DNA of 63,095 bases, filler included. It is 8 parts of 8 records of this genome, joined end to end, with 100 filler letters (N's around TTAATTAATTAA, not from the genome) between each part and the next. Parts side by side here need not be neighbours in the genome. Positions count along the whole stretch, not along the records: positions 6,107 to 11,923 come from SRR31147125_16474; positions 12,024 to 19,735 come from SRR31147125_16514; positions 19,836 to 28,834 come from SRR31147125_16554; 5 more parts are not named here. One strand, written 5' to 3'. The position numbers were made by a program, and so were the translations under genes. Below are positions 10,101 through 20,728 of the stretch, piece by piece (position 1 is the first letter of the stretch; the number at the start of each line of letters is the position of its first letter). The notes beneath the pieces are model-generated. The model did no database searches and was not told the DNA's origin. It was given only the letters and a program-made list of their open reading frames with translations.

Positions 10101-10434
10101 AGTGACATTACTCGATATCTGGAGAGCTGCTCATAGGATAATTCATTTCACTGATCAAATGGATCGAGAAGTTTTCTTTGAAGATGAAAGAACTTATTTG
10201 GCGGTTCAACATCAGATTATGGTTATCGGTGAAGCTGCCAAAAGACTTAGTCATGATTTTCGTCAGGCTAATCCTCAAATACCGTGGAAATTTATGGCAG
10301 GAATGAGAAACAAACTAATTCACTTTTATGAAGGAGTTGAGCTTGAAATAGTATGGACTACAGCTACCAAGGATATTCCAGGACTGATTTCAATTCTGAA
10401 ACCTTTGATTCCCGAAGATTCTGTAGACCAATAA
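10087..10434 (+). CDS. HEPN/DUF86 ribonuclease toxin (HepT-like)
   Basis: IGEAAKRLS...IPW..MAGMRNKLIHFY contains the R-x4-H-x-Y motif. Paired with the MNT gene. Confidence 0.9.
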   Translation: MYRDEVTLLDIWRAAHRIIHFTDQMDREVFFEDERTYLAVQHQIMVIGEAAKRLSHDFRQANPQIPWKFMAGMRNKLIHFYEGVELEIVWTTATKDIPGLISILKPLIPEDSVDQ

Positions 10435-10484
10435 AACTTGTTTTTTTCAGTCAATCTTATAATGTCCGAAGGAATTCTCTAATC

Positions 10485-10514
10485 AAAAAAAGCCGCAACA
10501 TTTGCTGCGGCTTT
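10485..10514 (-). terminator. Rho-independent terminator of ribBA (possibly bidirectional)
   Basis: A-run then agccgca-acatttgc-tgcggct hairpin between convergent genes. Confidence 0.7.
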
Positions 10515-10542
10515 GTAATATTTTTCCAGTAAAACCAGATAC

Positions 10543-11817
10543 TTATTTGTTTTTCTTGCAGGCGACGGCGTGCTGAATCAAAGGATCGTCCTTGCCGTTA
10601 TCCTCGTAATCCAGTTTAAGTTCATGTCCCATCTTTTCTTTTTTGGTGTGCATATAACGCATGTTCATCGGATGTGGTTGAACTTCAATTCCCACTCTCT
10701 CGACAACTTCTATTCCATATCCTTCAAGACCGACAACTTTCTTGGGATTGTTGGTCATGAGTTTCATCTTTTTAAGTCCCAGATCGCGTAAAATCTGGGC
10801 ACCGATTCCGTAATCACGCAAATCTTCCTTGAAACCGAGTTCGAGATTCGCTTCCACTGTATCCTTGCCTTTTTCCTGCAAGCGATAAGCCTTAAGCTTA
10901 TTTACGATACCGATTCCGCGTCCTTCCTGTCTGAGGTACAAAATAACTCCACGTCCCTCACGCTCAACCATGCGCATTGCTTCATGAAGTTGAGGACCGC
11001 AATCGCATCTTAAAGAGCCGAAAATATCACCTGTCATGCATTCGGAATGCACACGAACAAGCACCGGCTCGCCATCATGAACATCACCCTTGATAAGTGC
11101 CATATGCACGCTTTCGTCAACTTCGTTTTCAAAAGCGATAAGCCGGAACTCACCACCAAATTCTGTCGGCATGAATGATTCTGCCGCACGTTTGATAAGT
11201 GAATCATTGTGCAATCTGTAAGCGATAATATCGGCAACCGATACGATGATAAGATCATGCTCTTTTGCAAAAACTTCAAGTGCCGGACGCCTTGCCATCG
11301 TACCGTCATCGTTCATGATTTCGCAGATTACACCGGCAGCCTTAAGACCGGCCAGTTTTGCAAGATCAGTCGAACCTTCTGTTTGACCGGTACGAACCAG
11401 AACACCACCGTTTTTGGCGATAATCGGGAAAACGTGACCCGGAGAAACTATATCGTGCGGAGTTGCACTATCTTTAATTGCTGTTTGAATCGTGTGCGCA
11501 CGATCAAAAGCGGAGATTCCTGTTGTTACGCCTTCACGAGCCTCTATGCTCAAAGTAAAAGCCGTACCGAAGCGAGCTTCGTTGTCGGTTGCTGGAACCA
11601 TCAGGTCAAGACCGACTCTTGTTGCAATTTCCTTGGACATCGAGAGACAAATAAGTCCTCGTCCGTATTTTGCCATGAAATTGATGATTTCGGGAGTGGC
11701 GAATTCGGCGGCGCATACAAGATCGCCCTCGTTTTCACGGTCTTCATCATCCACCATAATTACCATGCCACCGTCACGAAGGACTTGCATAGCTTGTTCA
11801 ACACGATTGGAACTCAT
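10543..11817 (-). CDS. ribBA: Bifunctional DHBP synthase / GTP cyclohydrolase II
   Basis: [65 protein letters not shown]. Confidence 0.97.
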   Translation of the reverse strand: MSSNRVEQAMQVLRDGGMVIMVDDEDRENEGDLVCAAEFATPEIINFMAKYGRGLICLSMSKEIATRVGLDLMVPATDNEARFGTAFTLSIEAREGVTTGISAFDRAHTIQTAIKDSATPHDIVSPGHVFPIIAKNGGVLVRTGQTEGSTDLAKLAGLKAAGVICEIMNDDGTMARRPALEVFAKEHDLIIVSVADIIAYRLHNDSLIKRAAESFMPTEFGGEFRLIAFENEVDESVHMALIKGDVHDGEPVLVRVHSECMTGDIFGSLRCDCGPQLHEAMRMVEREGRGVILYLRQEGRGIGIVNKLKAYRLQEKGKDTVEANLELGFKEDLRDYGIGAQILRDLGLKKMKLMTNNPKKVVGLEGYGIEVVERVGIEVQPHPMNMRYMHTKKEKMGHELKLDYEDNGKDDPLIQHAVACKKNK

Positions 11818-11923
11818 TGAATTCTCCTATTTCAAGAAACCGTTATTAACTGAATTATTGATGATCTTTCTATTGCGGCTTGCAAAATCTTGCTATTTCA
11901 CTCGTTTCATGATTTTCATCCTC

Positions 11924-12023
11924 NNNNNNNNNNNNNNNNNNNNNNNNNNNNNNNNNNNNNNNNNNNNTTAATTAATTAANNNNNNNNNNNNNNNNNNNNN
12001 NNNNNNNNNNNNNNNNNNNNNNN
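11924..12023. other. Artificial contig spacer
   Basis: N44-TTAATTAATTAA-N44. Confidence 0.98.
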
Positions 12024-12151
12024 TGATATTTCTGTTGGAGCCCTCTATTTTGAGCTGCAAAGTATGCATGACTCACGCACCTACAATGTTTCTTCTGAAT
12101 AGCCCACTATTTTAAAAAAAATAACCTTATTTTTAAAAATCCGGCTTGATC

Positions 12152-12182
12152 AAAAAAACCCCGGCAGAAATTCTGCCAGGGT
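12152..12182 (-). terminator. Rho-independent terminator after cold-shock gene
   Basis: A7 followed by the hairpin ccccggcagaa-a-ttctgccagggt. Confidence 0.65.
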
Positions 12183-12203
12183 ATATTTTTATTTAATAAA
12201 AAA

Positions 12204-12404
12204 TTAGCCTCTAGTGACGTTAATTGCTTGCGGTCCCTTGTTTGTATCTTCTATTTCAAACTCTACCTTGTCGCCTTCATTGAGGGATCTGTAACCATCA
12301 CCAATAATTCCAGAATAATGGACAAAGATATCCTCGCCAGATTCTCGAGTAATAAATCCATATCCCTTTTTTGTATTAAACCATTTGACTACACCTTGTT
12401 CCAT
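12204..12404 (-). CDS. Cold-shock protein (CspA family)
   Basis: [18 protein letters not shown]...DIFVHYS (RNP1/RNP2). 66 aa, RBS GAAAGGA. Confidence 0.95.
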   Translation of the reverse strand: MEQGVVKWFNTKKGYGFITRESGEDIFVHYSGIIGDGYRSLNEGDKVEFEIEDTNKGPQAINVTRG

Positions 12405-12713
12405 AATAGATCCTTTCGTGTAAATTTTCGTTCTCACACACTGATATTGCATTTTTTGTATGTAGCCGACCCCTCAATGACATATCCAAAGATAATCAAT
12501 AAGAGCAAGGTATTCATGAAACAGGTAACATTTACAATACAAAGCCAGTGGTCAGTGCGCTAAGTACTATTTAATTGGAATCTACAACAATGCGATTCAA
12601 ATATCAAGAAAATTTGTAACAAATCCAAAAGTATAAAAATTTTGCTTGACACCTCTTGATTTAAAATTCTGAGACTAACTCTTAATTAAATTATTTTCGC
12701 TCCCCTTAACGAT

Positions 12714-12748
12714 AAAAAAATCCCAACCGAATTACGCACGATTGGGAA
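12714..12748 (-). terminator. Probable terminator after second cold-shock gene
   Basis: A-run followed by imperfect hairpin tcccaaccg...cgattggga. Confidence 0.5.
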
Positions 12749-12765
12749 AACATTTAATCAACTCG

Positions 12766-12966
12766 TTAAAGTTTTGTAACGTTAGCAGCTTGAAGTCCTT
12801 TTGGGCCTTGTTCAATTTCAAACTCAACCTGTTCACCTTCATGCAGTTCTTTATAACCATCTCCGTTTATTGCCTTAAAATGGACAAACACATCATCGCC
12901 TTCCGGCCGTTCGATAAAGCCATAACCCTTAGTAGCATTAAACCATTTAACTGTCCCTTTTTCCAT
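12766..12966 (-). CDS. Cold-shock protein (CspA family)
   Basis: [18 protein letters not shown]...DVFVHF...[10 protein letters not shown]. Confidence 0.96.
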   Translation of the reverse strand: MEKGTVKWFNATKGYGFIERPEGDDVFVHFKAINGDGYKELHEGEQVEFEIEQGPKGLQAANVTKL

Positions 12967-13269
12967 GGTTTGAATCCTTTCTAATTTTTTTCATGCAAGT
13001 TGGAATCCCTGATGTACAGCCGAAATGATGTGCTCTTAAAAGCAAAAAATCGCAGCCACGGATAGTTTTCACCACCATAATTGCGATTCTTTTATATTTT
13101 CTTACATTTTTTTATAGCATTACCCAGTGAAACAACTCCAGAACCCTGGAGGTTAAAAGCATAATAACGGTGTACATTTAATTACTTGTTAAAACATAAT
13201 ATTATTATATTTAAATATCAAGTTTTTTTTTAAAAAAATCTCAAATAATTATCCGGACGACCTTTCATT

Positions 13270-15919
13270 TTAATAGCCAAGAACACTGGAAGCTCTGCCA
13301 CCTCGTTTTTCCAGCTTTATATCCTGCAGCACTTGAGACTTTATATTTATACGAAAATAAATCCTCTTATCAAGTCCGGATGGTACCCAATCCACCTGGG
13401 CTTCCCAACAATGTAAATCGCGAAAAAATCGAAAACTATGATGAACGATGCTTTTTTCCTCCAAATCATACCGGGCACTATAGCCGATTCGCCAATTTTT
13501 TGTCAGTTTCACTTCAGCACCGGACGCCTGAAGATAATAATTTTTTATTGGATTATCCGGATTAAATTTATTTAAAGAAAAATTAAAATTCAAATTTACC
13601 CGCCATGGGATATTGAGTTTATCTGTTCTACGTTGCCGGCCAATTCCCTGGCTCTGACCCATCATATCTTCCTCTTCCAGCACACTCGGATTCTCATCTT
13701 CAAAGCCCAGCGCTCTTTGTTCGTCACGACGTATATCTTCATCAATATCCGATCTCGACGTCTTTCCACCACCCTGACCTTGTAACCGAAGGGAAAAATT
13801 AAGATTAAGATTTGTTAAACGCATAAAATTCAGTTTTTTCCAGTCACCATCATCAAACAGATATTTATTCACCGGTCTGTTATTTTCAGTGTCCCATTGA
13901 TAAAAGCTATGTGACGTGCTGGCACTCAGACTGAAATTTCTGCCAGGATTCGCTCGCCAGGAGGTACTTAAATTGGATAAACGTCGTTCTTTTGCCTCAA
14001 AATTGAATCCACTACTTAAATCCATTGTGAAAAGGTCAACCTTTTTTTCATTTTCTCCATACCCCTGTTTCATCTGAAACAAATTTCGAACACTCATATT
14101 GAGACTTTTAACCCCACTGGCAGGCGTGCCACCAAAACGGTCCCGTTTTATGGTGGTACCTATGGTGTCCTGAATTTCCGTGTAATAACCCCATTTACTA
14201 TCTGAAAAATCCGGTTGATAACGAAATGAGAGTGATGGTGTGACGACATGGCGAATGGCCTGAATATCACCAATACCCGGTAGAAAAAGACCATATAATT
14301 TTGTGTTAGCAGAAGCATTATAATTAAAGGTATGACGAGAGGCAAAACCCTTATCTACACTTTTTTCTATTGTATTTAAATCCGAATCAAGTTGAAATTG
14401 ATTCGATTCCAAAAACCAATCCTCATCTATATGTAATGATTGATTGAGACTTAACCAGCCAAAATATTTTTTAGGACTGGTAAGAGAAAAATTCAAATCG
14501 TTACTGATTTTTCTTGTATCATCTGTCTTTTTTTGGTCATATATATCAAAAGATTCATTTTTGCTGTTGATCAGATTTGAACTGTATGAAAAATAGAGCG
14601 AGTTATACCATTTTTCTTCTGTTTTTTTAGATTTTTGCCTGCTCTTTCTTTTCTTTTCTTTATTGGGTTTGAAAAGTTGGGTCTGACCCAGACGAAATGA
14701 CATTTGTGGATAAGTTTGATTGACAAGACCATTTTCAAGATTTTGCACTCTCGACACATTTACACTCAGACTTAATTTTTTTTGTGGCCAACTTTTGGAA
14801 TAGGTCGCGTTGGAACGTAGCTCGCTGGTGAGACGGGTATTGAAATCTGAGCTTAAATCCTGATAATAATTTTCATCACTAACAAAATATCCATTCGCTG
14901 TAAATTTGGATGTTGGTGAAAGTTCCTGATTATGTCGAAGACGTAAATCCCAGCGACGCTCTTTTGATTCCGCTCCACTATAGGATTGAAAATTTTTTCG
15001 CGTTAAGGATCCATCAATACTTCCATTCAGTAAATATCGCACATTATAGTTACCACCTGCCCGAAAAAACCAACCTGACTTTTCGAAAAAATCCACCATA
15101 AAACGGGCATCATAGTAATCACTCGGCGCCCAATAATATCCAAGTCCGCGTAAATAACGTCCTTCTAAAGAGCTCTGACCATATGTTGGAATGATAAGGC
15201 CGGAATGACGCCCACTTTGATGCGGGAATACGGCAAATGGTAAAGCAGCGACAGGAATATTGCCAATATACATGACAACCGGTCCTGATACAACCTTGTC
15301 ATTGGGAATCATTTTAAGCCGTCGTGATTCGAAATGAAAGTGGGGATTGGAATCCTGATCACATGTTGTAAAACTGGAATGGGAAACGTTAAAGGTATTA
15401 CCATTAATCCTTTTTATTTGCCGTCCCTCATAAAATCCACCCTCCATCTCTGTCCGGCCCCGTACAACCCTGCCCTTTTCGGTTTCGTAATTATAGAGCA
15501 TTTTAGCACCGGTCATTTCTGAACCACCCTCTACTAGAATGGGAGAACCTTTTGTGATAACCTTCCGGCTCGAATCTGTATGCTCCTCATTGTAACTCCA
15601 CACGGTATCTGGCAGGCCTTCTGCTTCCATGAGATGTTTATCCCAATCAATGGAAATTTTCTCCGCTTTCAGAACAATATTTTTATATTTAACAACCGCA
15701 TTACCAGTAAAAACAGATCGGCGTTCAGGGACAAAATTTTCCACATACATGGCTTCATAGGTAACGGTCGTATCCATACCGGATTTATTCGGTTTTGGTG
15801 CCAGTGCCTTCTCTTCCTTTGTTTGACTACTATCGCTGTCCGCATTTTGTCCGGAAAGAACAGGCACAAGCCATAATAGAAAAAAAGCAATAAAAAATAT
15901 TTCTAAATACAGTACTCAT
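13270..15919 (-). CDS. lptD: LPS-assembly protein LptD (FCB-group type), signal peptide separated by a 1-nt frameshift
   Basis: OstA-like N-terminus, FTTCD...PHF, SGLIIPTYG, GYYWAPSDY and C-terminal FRDLHCWEA. The ATG at 15919 joins the ORF (GTG 15867) if one base is removed from the homopolymers around 15880-15897. Confidence 0.85.
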
Positions 15920-15982
15920 AAATGCTGTATATTAAATCCTTTTTCTTGGTCATGAGTGACTAAAATTAAATCCAACTTTGTA

Positions 15983-17310
15983 TTACCGTTTTCTCTTTGG
16001 CCAAAGAGATAAAAGTCGATCCTTGATTTTCTTTTCCACGCCATTTTCCGTGGGTTTGTAATACAGGCGTTTTTTTGTATCCGGTGGAAAGTAATCCTGT
16101 TCTGCAAAGCCACCAAAATCATGCGGATATTTATAGCCAGCAGCATAGCCAAAATCCTTCATCAACCGTGTAGGTGCGTTCCGAAGATGCAGGGGAATGA
16201 TATGAGAAGACTCATTTTTGATATCTTGAATAGCCTCATTAATCGCCACATAAGAGGCATTGCTTTTCGGTGCTGAAGCTAAATAGGTCGTCGCTTGTGC
16301 AAGAACAATTCGCGCTTCCGGCATTCCAATACAGCTCACAGCCGTAAAAGCGGATGTGGCCACCATTAATGCGTGCGGATCGGCGTTTCCGATGTCCTCC
16401 GAAGCTAAAATAATCAAACGTCGTCCGATAAATTTTGGATCTTCGCCGCCTTCAAGCATGCTTGCCAGCCAATAAATAGCGGCATCCGGATCAGACCCGC
16501 GTACACTTTTTATAAATGCGGAAATTGTATCGTAATGATATTCACCCTTTTTATCATACATTAAAGTTCGGCGCTGCAGAGCTTCTTCAATGAGTGGGCG
16601 GTCTATCAGGCGAATCCCTTGTTTATCAGCCCTGGCAAGTTGGGTTGCCAATTCCAGGGCTGTCAGGACATTCCTGGCATCTCCTGCTGCCAGTTTTAAC
16701 AGAACATTTCTCGCTTCCGGAGACAATACAGACTTTTTTTCTGTAATACGGGATCCTGGGACAATGCCCGATCAAGAACAATGCCCAATTCCTCTTCTGT
16801 AAGAACCTCTAGCTTAAAAACCCGGCACCGGGATAATAAGGCGGAATTCACTTCAAAACTCGGATTTTCAGTTGTCGCTCCGATAAGCACAACTGTGCCA
16901 TCTTCCACACTGTGCAGGAGGGCATCCTGCTGTGTTTTATTAAAACGATGAATTTCATCGATAAAAAGAATTGTTTTCTTTCCCATTTTCCGATAGTCCT
17001 GTGCCAGCTTGATTATCTTTCTCATGTCAGCCACACCTGATGTGACAGCACTAAGAGCATAATATGCTGACTTTGTTTCTTTAGCTATAATCCGCGCTAA
17101 AGTGGTTTTTCCGACCCCGGGTGGTCCCCAAAATATCATTGAAATTAATTTATCCGATTCAATTATCTGGCGCAAGATCTTATTCTTGCCCATGAGATGA
17201 ATCTGACCTATAAAATCATCAAGAGATTGTGGTCTCACTCGATCCGCTAAAGGACGCTCGGATTTAGATGAATCTTTATGACCTGATTTATCGTGTTCAA
17301 AAAGGTCCAA
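15983..17310 (-). CDS. rarA: Replication-associated recombination protein A (RarA/MgsA) with 1-nt frameshift
   Basis: PLADRVRP, WGPPGVGKTT, FIDEIHRF, GATTENPSF, then YDTISAFIKSVRGSDPDAA, SEDIGNADP, APKSN. Halves join at the T7 run 16734-16740. Likely TTG start (MDLFE) at 17310, alternative ATG at 17328. Confidence 0.93.
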
Positions 17311-17549
17311 AAACGTATTCCTTTCCATTTTTTTATCACAGACAGATAATTTACAGAAAATTACGAGGAATTGCAAGTTTCAAAGCAATCGATTCATGAC
17401 GGTATGATGGCATTTGATATTTAATCTGACGGGATAATACATGTTCAACCACAATAAACCGAAAACGTTCAGTATTTTTTTCTAAAAATTTTAAAAAAGT
17501 GAGTCCAGAATTGAAACTTTTTATATAAAGTTCAGTATATTATCGTTAA

Positions 17550-17569
17550 TATACCGAACGGTAGGTATA
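17550..17569. promoter_or_regulatory. Palindromic TetR-family operator candidate
   Basis: TATACCGAACGGTAGGTATA (16/20 self-complementary), 30 nt upstream of the TetR gene. Confidence 0.65.
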
Positions 17570-17599
17570 CAATTTTCACTGAAATTCGGTACTTGAAAT

Positions 17600-18202
17600 A
17601 TGACTGATTTAAATTTCTATCCGGAAAAACAAGTAACAAAAAATAAAATCTTTACAGTCGCCGCGCGTCTCTTTGCTTTAAAAGGATATAACGGTGTCTC
17701 CATGCGCGAGATTTCTGAACAATCCGGTGTCACCAAGCCGACCATCTATTATTATTTTCCAAATAAGGAAAGTATTTACAAAGAATTACTCACAATCGGC
17801 ATGAGACATATGGAAAAAGCGTTCGAAAAAATCCTTGCGAAAGACACATCAGTAAAATCGAAACTTATTGACATCGTTAACCTGCGCTTTGAAACGACCA
17901 TTCAGTTTCCTGAATTTACAATATTTTTTCTGCGCATTTATCTGTCAATGGAACACCTCCCATTCATGGATGAATACAAGGTTGAATTTGCGAAAAGACG
18001 AACTGTCCTGATAAACCTTATACAAGAAGGTATAAATACAGGTGAATTTGGATCCAGCGCAGATGCTGAAATTGCTTCTGAAATTTTCAGTGGTGTACTC
18101 CTTTATTATGCCAATAAACAAATTATGAATGAAAAACCAATCCTGTCAAATAAATTAGCAGAAAACATCGTAGAAATATTATTCAAAGGACTTAACGAAT
18201 AG
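17600..18202 (+). CDS. TetR/AcrR family transcriptional regulator
   Basis: IFTVAARLFALKGYNGVSMREISEQSGVTKPTIYYYFPNKESIY HTH. Confidence 0.95.
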   Translation: MTDLNFYPEKQVTKNKIFTVAARLFALKGYNGVSMREISEQSGVTKPTIYYYFPNKESIYKELLTIGMRHMEKAFEKILAKDTSVKSKLIDIVNLRFETTIQFPEFTIFFLRIYLSMEHLPFMDEYKVEFAKRRTVLINLIQEGINTGEFGSSADAEIASEIFSGVLLYYANKQIMNEKPILSNKLAENIVEILFKGLNE

Positions 18203-18248
18203 TCCACTTTCACCTTTTATATAATAAAGACCCAAATCGGAGGAATGA

Positions 18249-19646
18249 ATGAAGAAGTATATATGGATTTACCTTTTCATTATTTACATTTTTTTAAGTA
18301 TCTCAAAAAGCAGCTATTCGCAGGAACAACTAGTCCTGTCACTTGACAAAAGTATCACAATTGCTCTTGAAAACAATCCACAAATAAAAATGGCAGCAAA
18401 AGAGGTATCTAAAGCAAAAGCAAGCGTTTGGGAATCCTATTCAACCATTTTGCCCCAATTAGATGCCAGCGCTAATTTTCAGCGCGCCTGGGAGATTCAA
18501 AAGAACACGATTCCTAATTTTATCAAACCCATGTTAGCACCTCTGGCTCCTGTGCTTCCGGGTTATAATGAAATGCCGGATTTTGTTGAGCTCTCTTTTG
18601 GCCTGAATTATACCTTTAATTATGGTGCCATATTAACACAACCTCTTTATCTTGGTGGTGCAGGTGTGGCAGGTATTAAAATAGCCAAGTCTGCCAAAAA
18701 GGTATCTGAACATAATTTAGAGCTCACAAAACAAGGTCTCATTTTTAATACGGCGGATGCATTTTACGCTTGTATCCTGACAAAAGAGGTTGCTGCTGTT
18801 CAACAGGAAGCCCTGAATCAAGCCCAGGCCAATCTGGAGGTGGTTACCAAAAAATATAATGTTGGTACGGCTTCCGGATTCGATAAAATGAGAGCAGAGG
18901 TTGAGGTGGCAAACCTGAAACCTCTACTCATCTCCGCCAAAAACAATTATCAATCTGCACTAACAGGGCTAAGAACAGTACTTGGTCTGCAGCAGGATGC
19001 TCTTATAGATGTCACAGGAGAACTTTTATTTACAATGGATGAATTCAGCGATCTTTCTCTCACTGACATGCAAAAACTGGCTCTTTCAAATCGTTTGGAA
19101 ATCCAGAGCATGAATGAACAAAAAGACATGGCTCAGAAAAGTATCACAATCGCCAGGAGTAATTTTTTACCCAAGATGTTTTTTCAAACAGATTATTCAT
19201 TTTTAGCCATGAAAAATGAAGCAAAGTTCAAGCAGGATGACTTTAGTAAAGGTTTTACTTCAGCGTTAAGTTTGCAGGTCCCCCTGTTTCATGGATTCAA
19301 ATCCAGTAAACAATACCAAAAAGCCAAAATAGACTATCGAATAACACTGGATAATGAAAAACAGGTATTGGATGGTATCGCCGCTGAAGTAGAGGTGACC
19401 TTTAACAAGTTTCAGGAGGCCCGGGAAAAGTATGTGTCTGCAAAAGAATCCGTTGCCCTGGCAGAAGAAGCATTACGATTGGCCAATTTAATGTATAACG
19501 AAGGTGCAAGCACGCAGCTTGATGTGCTTAGCTCCCGATTAGCTCGTACCCAATCACAATTAAATTATGTAACAGTTCTTTATGAATACCAAATGACCAG
19601 GTACCTCCTGAGACGCGTCACAGGAACATTAAAATCGGCTCTCTAA
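18249..19646 (+). CDS. TolC family outer-membrane efflux protein
   Basis: Signal peptide, LSLDKSITIALENNP, two OEP repeats, LPK..FQ and YNEGASTQLDVL. Confidence 0.92.
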   Translation: MKKYIWIYLFIIYIFLSISKSSYSQEQLVLSLDKSITIALENNPQIKMAAKEVSKAKASVWESYSTILPQLDASANFQRAWEIQKNTIPNFIKPMLAPLAPVLPGYNEMPDFVELSFGLNYTFNYGAILTQPLYLGGAGVAGIKIAKSAKKVSEHNLELTKQGLIFNTADAFYACILTKEVAAVQQEALNQAQANLEVVTKKYNVGTASGFDKMRAEVEVANLKPLLISAKNNYQSALTGLRTVLGLQQDALIDVTGELLFTMDEFSDLSLTDMQKLALSNRLEIQSMNEQKDMAQKSITIARSNFLPKMFFQTDYSFLAMKNEAKFKQDDFSKGFTSALSLQVPLFHGFKSSKQYQKAKIDYRITLDNEKQVLDGIAAEVEVTFNKFQEAREKYVSAKESVALAEEALRLANLMYNEGASTQLDVLSSRLARTQSQLNYVTVLYEYQMTRYLLRRVTGTLKSAL

Positions 19647-19735
19647 GTGCGGCGTTCTTATAAAAGATACATTCAGAAAAGCTAACGTGCTGTCATATTC
19701 ATAAAGCACCCATTTATGAATAATTACCGAACTTT

Positions 19736-19835
19736 NNNNNNNNNNNNNNNNNNNNNNNNNNNNNNNNNNNNNNNNNNNNTTAATTAATTAANNNNNNNNN
19801 NNNNNNNNNNNNNNNNNNNNNNNNNNNNNNNNNNN
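19736..19835. other. Artificial contig spacer
   Basis: N44-TTAATTAATTAA-N44. Confidence 0.98.
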
Positions 19836-20714
19836 TTTTGTTACGGCATCTTTAAAATAAAATTTATTAATCCACTTTTCCAAGATATCTCTTGTTGGCT
19901 GAAGTGCAAAAGACATAACTAGCGCCACAATAAAACTAGTGCTGACGCTACTATATTTTAAATTATTATTTAGCAAAGTGTTTACAAATGAAATAACAAA
20001 TAAATATATTAAAGTCAAAGCTATCGTATATGCCGAATAAAACAATCCCCTTTTAATTATTAAGTTTATATTTAAGAATCTATTTTTAAATATAGATAAT
20101 CCAATTAGTGCAGCACTAACAGTGCTCATAAATATATCTACTGGGTAAGATCCTACTAAAGGAATAATATTGCAAATACATCCAATATTGATAAGTGTAA
20201 GCCCTACCAATATCAGTTTAACTTCATTAAAAGACAGCTTTTTCTTTTTTACGTTTATATAAACTATACTAAAAGTTATAAGAATAATACCTATAGAAAA
20301 CGCCGAAAGCAATAATGCTCCGATACCAACTTCATAAACAAGTCTATTATCTATAACAGCAATCTCTTTAACTACTAGTCCACCAAAATTCATAACCAGT
20401 ATTATGCACGTAATAACATATGCAAAAAACGTGATTACTTTTCTGGACTCTCTAGTGTATTTTAATATAAAGTTGTAGAATCCTATTGGCATCAGTGTTA
20501 ATCCAGTGCATAGGACTCTGTTCCAAAACATAAGTGATGGAGGTAAGTTTAATCTCATTAACAATGAACCAGCAGACCAAATAATTACTATTAGCAAAAA
20601 GTAAATAAAACTTTTTACTACTTCGTCTTCTCTAGACTTATATACAATCGAAAATAGAAACAGATAGCATACAAGTGAGAGAGCTGGTACAAATATTGAA
20701 ATAAAGGTGTACAT
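19836..20714 (-). CDS. Membrane sensor with HisKA_7TM-like N-terminal domain, truncated by contig end
   Basis: About 9 hydrophobic helices with IIWSAGS, MPIGFYNF, YPVD, IFKNRFLNI..IIKRGLFY and LQPTRDILEKWINKFYF, an arrangement typical of 7TM input domains of kinases and c-di-GMP enzymes. Output domain not in window. Confidence 0.7.
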
Positions 20715-20728
20715 ATAATTGCTCCGTT

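Noticed and set aside
9783-10434. MNT-HEPN pair as a novel defence system
   Set aside because: Matches the well-described MntA/HepT toxin-antitoxin family, with no extra associated genes.
11209-11971. Long plus-strand ORFs (203 and 159 aa) over ribBA
   Set aside because: Antisense shadows of a conserved gene with no recognisable motifs.
16696-16745. Programmed ribosomal frameshift in rarA (A-run, dnaX-like)
   Set aside because: The same type of indel occurs in many unrelated genes here and no stimulatory structure was identified, so sequencing error is more parsimonious.
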